Source of the DNA: an uncultured Trueperaceae bacterium
GTDB taxonomy: Bacteria > Deinococcota > Deinococci > Deinococcales > Trueperaceae
Length of the DNA: 64,000 nt
Assembly: GCA_963799485.1 (NCBI GenBank)
Contig: CAWCXJ010000007.1
Location: 416,001-480,000 of the forward strand
Direction: 5' to 3'
In this document: piece by piece, positions 43,946 to 52,620 of the stretch
How positions within the stretch are numbered: the stretch's first letter is position 1
Layout of the letters: each line of letters begins with the position of its first letter
Translations under genes and position numbers: made by a program
The notes under the pieces: model-generated
What the model saw: the letters and a program-made list of their open reading frames with translations, nothing else
What the model was told of the DNA's origin: nothing
Databases searched by the model: none

Positions 43946-44928
43946 AGCGCATCCGGCGTTTGTTCATCGTCGGTGCGGTGCTCCTGCTGGCGGCGTGCGG
44001 TGCTCAGGGGGGCACACAGAACCGCGCCCCCTCCGCCGACGCCGGGCCGGACCAGACCGTTTCGCCGGGAGCGACGGTGACACTGGACGGGAGCGGCTCT
44101 TCCGACTCCGACGGCGACGCCCTCAGCTACGCTTGGGCGCTGACCGAAAGACCTTCGGGGAGCAGCGCCGTCCTTGCACGCGCCGACGGGGTGACGAGCA
44201 CCTTCATCGCGGACGCGGCGGGGGTTTACAGCGCCGCCTTGACCGTTTCCGACGGCTCCGAGGCAGATACCGACGGCGTGAACGTCACGGTGGGAGCCGC
44301 GCCCGTGGCGGTGGCGACCTCCGTCGGGACCTACCAGTTTGAGGGTCAGGCCGACGTGGGCACCTTTTTGCTGGTGGTCGTCGAGGACGCGGCGGCGACC
44401 GGGGCGGTGGCGACTGTGACGGTGAGCGGGCCGGGGGGATGGAACAACGGCCAGCCCTATGTGTTCGAGGCGCGCGTGGACAACGACCGGCCCGCGAACT
44501 TCAACACCGCCATCGGCTACGGCGAGCTGTTGGCGGTCGCCGGGGAGTACACGTTCAGCGTCGCCTACCGCGGCGAGACCTACGCGTTCACCAAGCGGCT
44601 TGATCCCAGCTTGCGGCTGCCTGCGCCCGCCAACCTGCAAGCGAGCGGGGTTAGCGCCGACTCGGTGACGCTCGGCGCGGCGGCGGTCGCCGGGGCGGCC
44701 TGGTACAACGGCTACCTCGAGGACCCGTTTGCTATCGAGTACGGCCCCACCCTGCCCCTCACCCTTACGGGCCTCAGCTTGAGCGAAGGGGAAACCTATC
44801 AGGCGTTTCTGGCGGCCTACACTCTCGACTTGTTCAGCGCCAGCATCGAAGAAGTGAACCGCGTGCAGGTCAACTTTTCACTGAGCGGCGTGGAGGTCGC
44901 GGTGCCGCCCTCGGCGGGCGGGCCGTAG
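43942..44928 (+). CDS. Lipoprotein with PKD/K319-like Ig domain
   Basis: Lipobox LLAAC; NRAPSADAGPDQTV..VTLDGSGSSDSDGDALSYAW; C-terminal beta-rich (FN3-like) region. Confidence 0.82.
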   Translation: MKRIRRLFIVGAVLLLAACGAQGGTQNRAPSADAGPDQTVSPGATVTLDGSGSSDSDGDALSYAWALTERPSGSSAVLARADGVTSTFIADAAGVYSAALTVSDGSEADTDGVNVTVGAAPVAVATSVGTYQFEGQADVGTFLLVVVEDAAATGAVATVTVSGPGGWNNGQPYVFEARVDNDRPANFNTAIGYGELLAVAGEYTFSVAYRGETYAFTKRLDPSLRLPAPANLQASGVSADSVTLGAAAVAGAAWYNGYLEDPFAIEYGPTLPLTLTGLSLSEGETYQAFLAAYTLDLFSASIEEVNRVQVNFSLSGVEVAVPPSAGGP

Positions 44929-45052
44929 GCCCGGCGCTTGTAAGCGCGGCACCACTTTAGTCCGTTACGGTTCCTCTGAAAGCGTGTGGGACTCTCACCC
45001 GAAAGTTCTGCTGAGCAAGCTCGGCTTTGCGCCTCACGCTGCCCGCGATGCG

Positions 45053-45856
45053 CTACCCACCTGCACCGCCGGACGCTAAGCCACCCGATACCGCACCGCC
45101 TGAAACTGTTCCCCCTGAGACTGCGCCGCCGGACGTTGCGCCCCCCGACGCGGCCACACCTGATTCCGGTGACGCGCCCGCAAGCGCGTTTTCGGGGTCG
45201 GTTTCGGCGGGCGCGCCGAAGGTGTAGGCAGCCTCGAGCAACCCTAAATCGGCGCGGTTGACGACGCCGTTTTCGTCGATGTCGGCGGGCAAGCTGACGC
45301 CGGTCTCACCGAACGCACTGCCGAAATCGGCGAGGTCGTAAAAGTCCACCACGCCGTCTTGGTTGATGTCCGCCGGGACAAACGCTGCCAAGGCCCGGAG
45401 CGCGTCTTCGTCGGCGGGTGTGAGGTCTGCACTCGATTCTTGCGGAATCGCCGGGTTCATCACCCCGCGCGCACCCGGTGCCGGGCTCAGCCCTGCCAAC
45501 AGCCCGAGTTCGTGGGTAAGCGCCCGGTCATTCGGCTCGCCGGGGTTGAGCAGCACGTCGGTCGCAGGGTCGGGGCCTTTTTGCACGGTCAGTGAAAAAG
45601 TGTCGGGGCCGAAGCGCGTGCCGTCGCCGTAGGCGATCCGGTTGGGTGCGCCCTCGACCTCTTGCAGATCGACGACGCCGCCGGGTACCTCGAGCCAGGC
45701 AGCAGCGGCCCGGGCGACGCGCGTCCGGAGCGTGTCCGGCCCGCCGGTGGGGTCGATCCGGTACTCGAGGGCAAAAGCCAGGCTGCCGAGAACGAGCGCG
45801 CCCAAAAGGGGCCACTTGATAAAACGGTTTACGGAACGGTTCGCAAAACGGTTCAC
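45053..45856 (-). CDS. Secreted matrixin-like (degenerate zinc motif) protein with dockerin domain
   Basis: Signal peptide (AFA). THELGLLAGL...GVMNP...LTPADEDAL. Twin Ca loops DINQDGVVDFYD and DIDENGVVNRAD. Confidence 0.78.
   Translation of the reverse strand: MNRFANRSVNRFIKWPLLGALVLGSLAFALEYRIDPTGGPDTLRTRVARAAAAWLEVPGGVVDLQEVEGAPNRIAYGDGTRFGPDTFSLTVQKGPDPATDVLLNPGEPNDRALTHELGLLAGLSPAPGARGVMNPAIPQESSADLTPADEDALRALAAFVPADINQDGVVDFYDLADFGSAFGETGVSLPADIDENGVVNRADLGLLEAAYTFGAPAETDPENALAGASPESGVAASGGATSGGAVSGGTVSGGAVSGGLASGGAGG
45058..45165 (-). repeat. 15-bp coding repeats encoding an SGGxx pentapeptide tail
   Basis: Translation SGGAT SGGAV SGGTV SGGAV SGGLA SGGAG. Confidence 0.75.
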
Positions 45857-46392
45857 TGTGCGGCCCCCAACCGGGCTTCAAGCTCGTCTAGTACAGCCGT
45901 CTGCTCGCTACCCTCACCGTCGCGCAAAAGGCGTCCGGCGTCGCTCAGGCTGAGGAGCCGCCCGCTCAGGTCGCGAAAGCCGTTCGGCGTGGCCCGCCAC
46001 AGTCCTTGCGAAAAGCCGACGATAGGCGAGTAGTAGGGGGCGTCGTAGGCTAAAATCAAGACTTCATCGCCGCGGCTGAATTCGGGCATCCCTTCGACGC
46101 TCAGGCTGCGACCGTTCGGCAGGGTACCGCCGTAAAAGGCGAGCGTTACGGTGTCGCCTTCGGCGCTTGCGCCCAAGTCACCGGTCAGCGCCCGTAAAAC
46201 GCCAAACGTCACCTGCGTATACGGCTCACCGCTCCGCACCTGCACGGCAATCTCCGAGACGCGTCCAAAAAAGCCCAGCTCGGCGCGGCTGACAAGCTGC
46301 TCCAGACTCAGCTCCCGGTAGGTCGTTGCCGAGGCGAAACTCAGCGTTAGGGTCGTTAAAATCAGCGCGGTCAAAACGGTAAATGATTTCAT
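45853..46392 (-). CDS. Secreted hypothetical protein (possible OB/TIMP-like fold)
   Basis: Signal ASA/TT; LSLEQLVSRAELGFFGRV...TQVTFGV...GG...VEGMPEFSRGDEVLI...QGLWR. Confidence 0.75.
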   Translation of the reverse strand: MKSFTVLTALILTTLTLSFASATTYRELSLEQLVSRAELGFFGRVSEIAVQVRSGEPYTQVTFGVLRALTGDLGASAEGDTVTLAFYGGTLPNGRSLSVEGMPEFSRGDEVLILAYDAPYYSPIVGFSQGLWRATPNGFRDLSGRLLSLSDAGRLLRDGEGSEQTAVLDELEARLGAAQ

Positions 46393-47189
46393 TGTCCGGT
46401 GCCTCCGTCTGTCGGGGTGTCGGCGGTTCCTGTCCCGTTCAAGATATTGCCCGTCTCGTTGTTCAGCGTGTCTTCTACGGGGGTGGCGCTGTCCTGGGTA
46501 CTCGAGAAGCCGAACGCATCGTCGCGTGAACGGTATTCGGTGCGCGCCTCGAGGCTCAGGGTGTTGGGTTCGACCGGGCGCAGCTCGAACGAGAACAACT
46601 CCGCGTCGCCGTTTAGGGCCGGCCCTAAAAAGCTCAGGTCGACGTTGAGCTGTCCCGGACGGGTGCGCTGCAACAGCGCCAGGCTTCCCTGAGCCGGGCG
46701 GACGCTGCCCCCGACGAACTCAAACAGGGTGTCGTCCCAGCTTATCTGCGTTCGCAGCGCCTGCAGGTTCCGCGCCTCCCGCACGCTGATGGGGATACGC
46801 ACAGGGTCGCTGATGGTCGTCGGCGGCACATTCAAGACCAGTTCTGCCGGGGGCGCAGTCGTGACATTTACTGAAAAGTCTTCGATAGTGCGTGAGAGGC
46901 TGGCGTCGCTGACCTGAAGCGTAAAGGTGAAGTTTCCCTCGCGGGTCGGCGTACCGCTGATCGAACCGTTTTCCAGGGTCAAACCGGGCGGCAACTGACC
47001 GTCACGAAGCTCGAAATTGTAAGGAGCCAGCCCACCGTTGACCACAAAGTCAAAGGTGTAGGGCTCACCCAGATAGGCCGGCCCCAAGGTCGAGGCGAAC
47101 ACGGTCAGCGGGTCGCCGGGGGTATTGAGCTCGCCGCAACCGCCAAGCGTCAGGCTTAGCAGCAGCGCCAAGCGCCAGGGTCTTGTCAT
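46389..47189 (-). CDS. Lipoprotein with putative Ig domain and cohesin domain
   Basis: Lipobox LGGC; GGLAPYNF..GQLPPGLTL..GSISGTPT..G.FTF (putative Ig); VRIPISV..LQAL...ISWDDTLFEFV...GQLNV...LNGDAELFSFEL (cohesin pattern). Confidence 0.78.
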   Translation of the reverse strand: MTRPWRLALLLSLTLGGCGELNTPGDPLTVFASTLGPAYLGEPYTFDFVVNGGLAPYNFELRDGQLPPGLTLENGSISGTPTREGNFTFTLQVSDASLSRTIEDFSVNVTTAPPAELVLNVPPTTISDPVRIPISVREARNLQALRTQISWDDTLFEFVGGSVRPAQGSLALLQRTRPGQLNVDLSFLGPALNGDAELFSFELRPVEPNTLSLEARTEYRSRDDAFGFSSTQDSATPVEDTLNNETGNILNGTGTADTPTDGGTGQ

Positions 47190-47272
47190 AGGCTCTACCG
47201 TATCATCCTGGAGATTAGAAGCCTTTGTCAGTTGACCCGGGCAGCCGGTGAGGGCGTAAGTTAGGCTGCAGC

Positions 47273-47896
47273 ATGACACCGGAAAAGGTAATACCGGAGG
47301 TTTACGCTGAAGTCGAACGGGCGTGCGCCGCGCCGAATAACGTTTTCGGTTACGGTATCTGGACGCATCACATCATGAGCGTCGTGCGGTTTGGTCGTGA
47401 GTTGGCCCACGCGACCGGGGCCGACCCGGAGATCGTCGAACTCGCCGCGCTTTTGCACGACTACGCCGGGATCAAAGACGTGGCGCTCGAGCCTGAACAC
47501 CACCGGCACGGCGCGGCTCTGGCCCGGAAGCTGTTAGGCGCGCTGGACTATCCCGCTGCGCGCGCCGAAAGGGTTGCCGCGTGCATCTTGACCCACCGGG
47601 CGAGTCGGACGCTTCAGCCGGAGACGCTCGAGGCCCGCGTGCTGGCCTCCGCCGACGCTGCGGCGCACATCGCGCAGGTTCCGTCGTTGCTGCACCTCGC
47701 CTATGTTCGTAAGGGTTTGGGCGTAGACGAGGGCGCGGCGTGGGTGCGCGCCAAGCTCGAGCGGAGCCGCCGTAAACTCATGCCTGAGGCTGAAGCGCTT
47801 GTCGGTGAGCACTACCGAGCAGCTTTAGAAGTTCTCGCCGACACCGCAACACCGTCTACTGCAATACCGTCTAGCGCGCGCGCCTCCCGCGACTAA
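47273..47896 (+). CDS. HD domain phosphohydrolase
   Basis: HHIMSV, AALLHDY, HHRHGA, ILTH and SADA. Confidence 0.85.
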   Translation: MTPEKVIPEVYAEVERACAAPNNVFGYGIWTHHIMSVVRFGRELAHATGADPEIVELAALLHDYAGIKDVALEPEHHRHGAALARKLLGALDYPAARAERVAACILTHRASRTLQPETLEARVLASADAAAHIAQVPSLLHLAYVRKGLGVDEGAAWVRAKLERSRRKLMPEAEALVGEHYRAALEVLADTATPSTAIPSSARASRD

Positions 47897-47922
47897 AGCA
47901 GATGCCGACCCGGGCAGGGGTT

Positions 47923-49002
47923 TTATGACGACTTCATAGACGAGACACTAAACCCGATAACCGCTTCGGTAAAGGCTTCCGTCCCCCGACTTCCCCCCAA
48001 GTCTTTCGTCGGCGCTTCTGCGAGCGCCCGCTGCACTGCGTGCTCAACGGCTTTGGCGGCCTCGGGTTGCCCCAGGCCGTACTCGAGCATCAGCGCCGCC
48101 GAGAGCATCGTCCCGACCGGGTTGGCGAGGCCTTTTCCGGCAATATCCGGCGCAGAGCCGTGAACAGGCTCGAATAAACCGGGGCCGTCGCCCAAGCTGG
48201 CGGAGGGCAACAGCCCCAGTGAGCCCGGAATGACGGCGGCGAGGTCGGACAAAATATCGCCGAACAGGTTTGAGGTGACGAGCACGTCGAACTGGCGGGG
48301 ACTACTGGCAATCTGCATGGCGGCGTTGTCGACGTAGAGGTGCTCCAACGTCACGTCGCTGTATTCGGTTTCATGAATACTCACCACCACGTCGCGCCAA
48401 AACTGCGAAACGTCGAGAACATTGGCCTTGTCTACGCTCGTAACGCGGCCTCCGCGCAAACGGGCCGCGTCAAAGGCGACGCGGGCGATGCGTTCGACTT
48501 CGGGGCGGGTATAGACGTCGGTGGAGACGCCCTCGTCGGGGGTATTGTGTGAGGGTTTACCAAAGTAAATCCCGCCGGTCAGCTCGCGGACGATGAGCAT
48601 GTCGGTACCTGCAGCGACGGTGCTTTTAAGCGGGGAGAGATGCTCGAGCCCCCCAAACACCCGTACCGGGCGCAGATTGCTGTAGACGCCTAAGTGTTTA
48701 CGAATCCCCAAAATCCCCGACTCGACCCGTTTTTCACGGGGTACACGGTTCCACGGATGGTCGCCGACCGGCCCTCCGGCTGAGCCCATCAGCACGGCGT
48801 CGCTCTCCGCGCAGACCTGTTTGGTCTCTTCGGGTAGCGGCGTCCCGAATTCGTCTAGCGCCCCGCCGCCGAAGGGGAGGCGCGTGTACGCCAGAGCTAT
48901 CCCGTAATGCGGTGTTACGGCCTCTAGCAGCTTGATGGTCGCGTCGACGACCTCCGGGCCGATAAAGTCTCCGGGCAAAACGGCAATGTTGTAGTTCGTC
49001 AT
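47923..49002 (-). CDS. leuB: 3-isopropylmalate dehydrogenase
   Basis: PGDFIGPEV, NLRP, VRELTGGIYFG, DKANVL, NLFGDILSD and EPVHGSAPDIAGKG. Confidence 0.96.
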   Translation of the reverse strand: MTNYNIAVLPGDFIGPEVVDATIKLLEAVTPHYGIALAYTRLPFGGGALDEFGTPLPEETKQVCAESDAVLMGSAGGPVGDHPWNRVPREKRVESGILGIRKHLGVYSNLRPVRVFGGLEHLSPLKSTVAAGTDMLIVRELTGGIYFGKPSHNTPDEGVSTDVYTRPEVERIARVAFDAARLRGGRVTSVDKANVLDVSQFWRDVVVSIHETEYSDVTLEHLYVDNAAMQIASSPRQFDVLVTSNLFGDILSDLAAVIPGSLGLLPSASLGDGPGLFEPVHGSAPDIAGKGLANPVGTMLSAALMLEYGLGQPEAAKAVEHAVQRALAEAPTKDLGGSRGTEAFTEAVIGFSVSSMKSS

Positions 49003-49815
49003 GGTTCCTCCGGTGCTGCGGGCTTGACGGCTAGAATCAGCGCCACCGGCATCTGAAAACGCACCGCCCGCGAGCCTTCGTATTCGATCTCAAATATCTT
49101 CCGGGCGTGTGCGTCGGCACCTGCCAGCAGGTCGTAAGTGGCTCCTGTCGTCACGTCGTCCGGGCCGACCTTCCGGGACCGACGCTTGACGTTGGTAGAA
49201 TAGTGCGTCACGTCGTCCCCGACAATCCACGAAAGCCCCGCCCCGGCAATCAAGACGCGCCACTCGCCCAGCGTATAGGCCCGCACATGCGTCGCGGGTA
49301 CGCTCGAGGCGGTCGTACCACGCGTCTATCGCTCCGGCCCCGGTGTCCGGCGTCGTTTCGTCGGCGATAACCAGGCGTCCACCCGGTTTGAGAAGCCGCG
49401 CCACTTCTGCGAGGGTGGCTTTGAGGTCAGGGTGAGGATGCAGCGTGTGCCGCGCGGTAATAAGGTCGAAGCTGGCAGCTCTCAAACCCGTGTTGTGGGC
49501 GGGTGCCTCGCTGAACTCGAGGTTGGGCCGGTCGTAAAGCTTGCTGGCAGCGCGTAGCATTCCGCTCGACACGTCGAGGCCGACGACCCGCGCGGCACGT
49601 TCAGCCAGAGCTGCCGCCGTATGACCTGTACCCGTACCAACGGCGAGACACTTGTCTGCAGCATGGGAGCGCGCTAAAGCCAAACGCTTGGCGAGTGAAG
49701 GGCCGCTCCGATGAACCTCGTTGTTCGCGTAAGCTTCGCGCCGGGCGCTCCAGGTCTGAGCGTTCGGAGCTACCGACGCCGGAGCAGCTGACCCTAGCTG
49801 TTTGGAGTCTTTCAC
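48999..49815 (-). pseudogene. Class I SAM methyltransferase (UbiE-like), frameshifted near 49290
   Basis: AVGTGTGHTA (motif I acidic residue lost), SFDLITAR and RLLKPGG. The expected ERxRD[PS]HVRAY is broken as RD / HVRAYTLGEW. Confidence 0.75.
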
Positions 49816-50147
49816 GCCCTTAGTTTACCGCCTGACCCTGTTTGTCCGCAGGTATTGGGCGAGCTGAGAACGCCGCTATGATCACAGCCGGGTATAGAAG
49901 AGCCTACTTTGCAAACGTATCGACCCTAAATCTTTCAGCCTCTTTTGCTGTAAACCCTAGGCAGAACATCAAAAATGCAGCGTAATGCGGGGAGGTTCAA
50001 ATGTTATCGGGTTGGAACATTAAGATTGCGCGGTCTGATGAAGCAAGCTTCCAAGCCTCATAATAAAGCAGAGCAATCTGAGCCAGCTCACAATTTGGGG
50101 GTACATTCCTAAACGGCAGCTAAACTTCTTGCTATACTCACCTGCAT

Positions 50148-50732
50148 ATGAAACGCTCTATTCAAGAGATTGTCGAACTCGTCGTTTTTGCGGTTATCGC
50201 TCTTCTCGTTGCAGCCGGTGTTATCTGGCTTGTCGGTTGGCTTGTCGGCCTGCTAGGGTCGCTCCTCATGTGGGTTGCCGGGATACTCTGGTGGCTGCTC
50301 CGCTGGATTATTCCGGTCGTCGTTATCATCGTCGCGATATACGCCCTGTTCAGGTTGCTTCAGCGCCAGAACCAGAAGCGCGCCGAAAAGCCCGCGCACC
50401 AGCCCATCGTCAGCGGCCCGAGGAGTAGCGGAGCCCCGCGCGCCGACTCACCGACGAAAATAGCGGATAAAAGCAGCTCCGGCAACGTTCCACCGGTCGG
50501 TGTCTCCCCGAGCATGGCGACCGGCAGGCCCGCCGGCACCTCACCCGCCGCTGCACCTGTAACGACCCCGCCGCCCGTAACTGCCTCCGGCGAACCGGTC
50601 AGCCCGCTAGGAACCTCACCCGAGGTCAGCCCGGCCCCTGATGAAGGTATCCCCGAATCTGGCGAACCCATCAATGCCGCAGCTGAACCTACAACCGGAG
50701 AGGAACAAAGCGGTTCCGACAAAGAAAAGTAA
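50148..50732 (+). CDS. Membrane protein with Pro/Ser-rich tail
   Basis: Two or three N-terminal TM segments, a low-complexity tail and TATACT upstream. Confidence 0.72.
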   Translation: MKRSIQEIVELVVFAVIALLVAAGVIWLVGWLVGLLGSLLMWVAGILWWLLRWIIPVVVIIVAIYALFRLLQRQNQKRAEKPAHQPIVSGPRSSGAPRADSPTKIADKSSSGNVPPVGVSPSMATGRPAGTSPAAAPVTTPPPVTASGEPVSPLGTSPEVSPAPDEGIPESGEPINAAAEPTTGEEQSGSDKEK

Positions 50733-50755
50733 AACGGTCTTCAATCAAAAGCTTT

Positions 50756-50784
50756 ACCCCGGGTTCAGCGCCCGGGGTTTTTTT
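50756..50784 (+). terminator. Intrinsic terminator
   Basis: ACCCCGGG-ttcagcg-CCCGGGGT followed by a T tract. Confidence 0.85.
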
Positions 50785-50851
50785 ACTGCCGGTTCGGCAA
50801 AGCTGCTTTTTGCCGTTACACCGGACACGCCCGAACAGCGCGTGGGCGTTG

Positions 50852-50881
50852 TTGACACATTTTTGGCACCCGTGATAGGCT
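50852..50881 (+). promoter_or_regulatory. Sigma70-type promoter of the tRNA pair
   Basis: TTGACA-18 bp-TAGGCT with extended TG, ending 10 nt upstream of tRNA-Cys. Confidence 0.65.
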
Positions 50882-50890
50882 CTAGTTCCT

Positions 50891-50964
<74 letters not shown>

Positions 50965-50995
50965 GAACCCTAAAGCAGTTCCGGGGAAGATATAC

Positions 50996-51070
50996 AGGCG
51001 CGTAGCTCAGTGGGAGAGCGCTACATTGACACTGTAGAGGTCGGCAGTTCAATCCTGCCCGCGCCTACCA
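50996..51070 (+). tRNA. tRNA-Val (GAC); likely integration site
   Basis: Acceptor AGGCGCG/CGCGCCT; anticodon arm CTACA-TT GAC AC-TGTAG; TTCAATC T-loop; CCA end. Confidence 0.97.
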
Positions 51071-51099
51071 AGAGAAACAATGTGACAGACGGCAAAAGT

Positions 51100-51131
51100 A
51101 AGAACCCCGCTAAGTGCGGGGTTTCTTCTTT
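51100..51131 (+). terminator. Intrinsic terminator after tRNA-Val (possibly bidirectional)
   Basis: AAGAACCCCGC-taagt-GCGGGGTTTCTTCTTT. Confidence 0.75.
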
Positions 51132-51138
51132 GGACGGC

Positions 51139-51160
51139 ATTTAAGACCAATTTAAGACCA
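51139..51160. repeat. Tandem 11-bp repeat, putative integrase arm-type sites
   Basis: ATTTAAGACCA x2 between the tRNA and the integrase stop codon. Confidence 0.65.
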
Positions 51161-51166
51161 CGAGAT

Positions 51167-52309
51167 TTAGTTCAGCGTGTCCGGGTTGCTTTTAGGCAAA
51201 AAGTCGAGCAGTGACACAGCACTTTGCGCTTTTTGCGATTCAAACAGATGCGTGTAGCGGTCGAGCGTAAATGATGCGCGGCTGTGGCCTAGCCGGTCGG
51301 CAAGCACCTTTGGATCCATCCCGCCCTTGATCGCTACAGAGGCGTGTAGGTGTCTCAGGTCGTGAAGCCGGACTTTCGGCACGTCGGCTTCTTTCATAAG
51401 GTAGTCCCGCACGCGCTTCAGGTTGTCGGGGTTTAGGGGCGTGCCGACTTCGGAGGTAAAAACGAGTTCGGAATGTTCCCAGGTATCACCTAGCAAGGCG
51501 CGCTCGGCGTCTTGACGTTGACGGTGCAAGAGCAGCACCTCGAGCACATCCGGCGATAAGGCGACGGTGCGAAATCCCTTGCGGGTTTTCGGCGTCGATA
51601 AGGTGAGCTTGCTTCCGACCTTTACGAGCGTCTGCTTGACGTGCAATAAGCTGCCCTCTATGTCAACCCAGCGCAGCCCTAACAGCTCACCGCGCCGTAG
51701 GCCGGTTGCCATACCCAGATAAAAGAAAGCGTAGAGCCGGTGTCCCCTCGCCACATCGAGAAACCGTGCCGCCTGTTCCGGCTCCCACAAGGTCATCTCC
51801 CGGTGGGGCTCTTTTACAGGTTCAGTCGCCTCTACGGGGTTACGGGTCACAAGTTGCCAGCGGATCGCCTGTTTATAGGCGCTGAAGAGGACGGTGCGGC
51901 ACTTCGCCGCTCGAGCCGCGCCTGAAACGTCGTATATCCCGTTGACGAGGCTCTGCACCTGCAAAGGGGTGAGCTTATCGAGCTTGACGTTACCGATGAT
52001 CGGCACGATTGAGCGGTCTATACAGCTCTTGTACTGCTCTAAGGTCGAGGGTTTTAGCGTGCGCTTTTTCTCCCCTAGCCACCGCTCGAGGTAAGCCGCT
52101 ATCGTCAGCTTTATGTCGGTGTAGACGCCGCTGGCTATCTGCTGTTTGAGGATTTCGATCTTCTCGCGTACTTCGGCTTGGGTGCGTCCGTACACGGTTT
52201 TGCGTTTCCGCTTACCTTCACCGTCGTACCCGAGGCTAATCTTGGCTTCCCGGGTGCCGTCGGGTCGTTTCGAGATCGTGCCCTCACCGTCTGCTCGTTT
52301 ACGTGCCAT
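51167..52309 (-). CDS. Tyrosine integrase
   Basis: N-terminal arm-binding RADGEGTI; TGLRRGE, PKT, HDLRH, LGHS and catalytic Tyr (DRYTH). Confidence 0.95.
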   Translation of the reverse strand: MARKRADGEGTISKRPDGTREAKISLGYDGEGKRKRKTVYGRTQAEVREKIEILKQQIASGVYTDIKLTIAAYLERWLGEKKRTLKPSTLEQYKSCIDRSIVPIIGNVKLDKLTPLQVQSLVNGIYDVSGAARAAKCRTVLFSAYKQAIRWQLVTRNPVEATEPVKEPHREMTLWEPEQAARFLDVARGHRLYAFFYLGMATGLRRGELLGLRWVDIEGSLLHVKQTLVKVGSKLTLSTPKTRKGFRTVALSPDVLEVLLLHRQRQDAERALLGDTWEHSELVFTSEVGTPLNPDNLKRVRDYLMKEADVPKVRLHDLRHLHASVAIKGGMDPKVLADRLGHSRASFTLDRYTHLFESQKAQSAVSLLDFLPKSNPDTLN

Positions 52310-52311
52310 CT

Positions 52312-52620
52312 TTACCCCTTCCCCAACCTTTTGCTAGCTACGCGGTACACGTCCCTTTTATCGCCTTCTTTACGGATACCGACGACTACGACCGTTACAA
52401 CACCCTCGAGGCTCGCTATCTGATACACCACCCGGTAGCGTTGCCCTGCGGCCCTGACGACGCGGTAATCCGCTAAATCTCTGCTCAGGGTCTTACCCTG
52501 CTTGTCGGGTTCGGTGTCTAAGTCAAGTGCTTTACGAATCACTGCGTTCCGGGTTCGCACGTCGGTAATCGCCTCGAGGTCTCTATCTACCTCGTCAGTA
52601 AAGATGACCTCAAAGGTCAA
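52312..52620 (-). CDS. RelE/ParE family toxin
   Basis: FEVIFTDE..RDL, GKTL..DLADYR, RYRVVYQI and VGIRK...DVY. Confidence 0.85.
   Translation of the reverse strand: MTFEVIFTDEVDRDLEAITDVRTRNAVIRKALDLDTEPDKQGKTLSRDLADYRVVRAAGQRYRVVYQIASLEGVVTVVVVGIRKEGDKRDVYRVASKRLGKG

Noticed and set aside
43801..44640. 279-aa minus-strand ORF
   Set aside because: Antisense to the PKD lipoprotein, which has clear motifs.
45821..45856. Triple 12-bp AACCGTT-containing repeat
   Set aside because: Encodes the signal-peptide n-region (NRF/NRS); too short for CRISPR and has no spacers.
49816..50147. AT-richer spacer as an ncRNA or riboswitch
   Set aside because: Only a 6-bp inverted repeat (AATGTT/AACATT) and no recognisable RNA family; consistent with a divergent promoter region.
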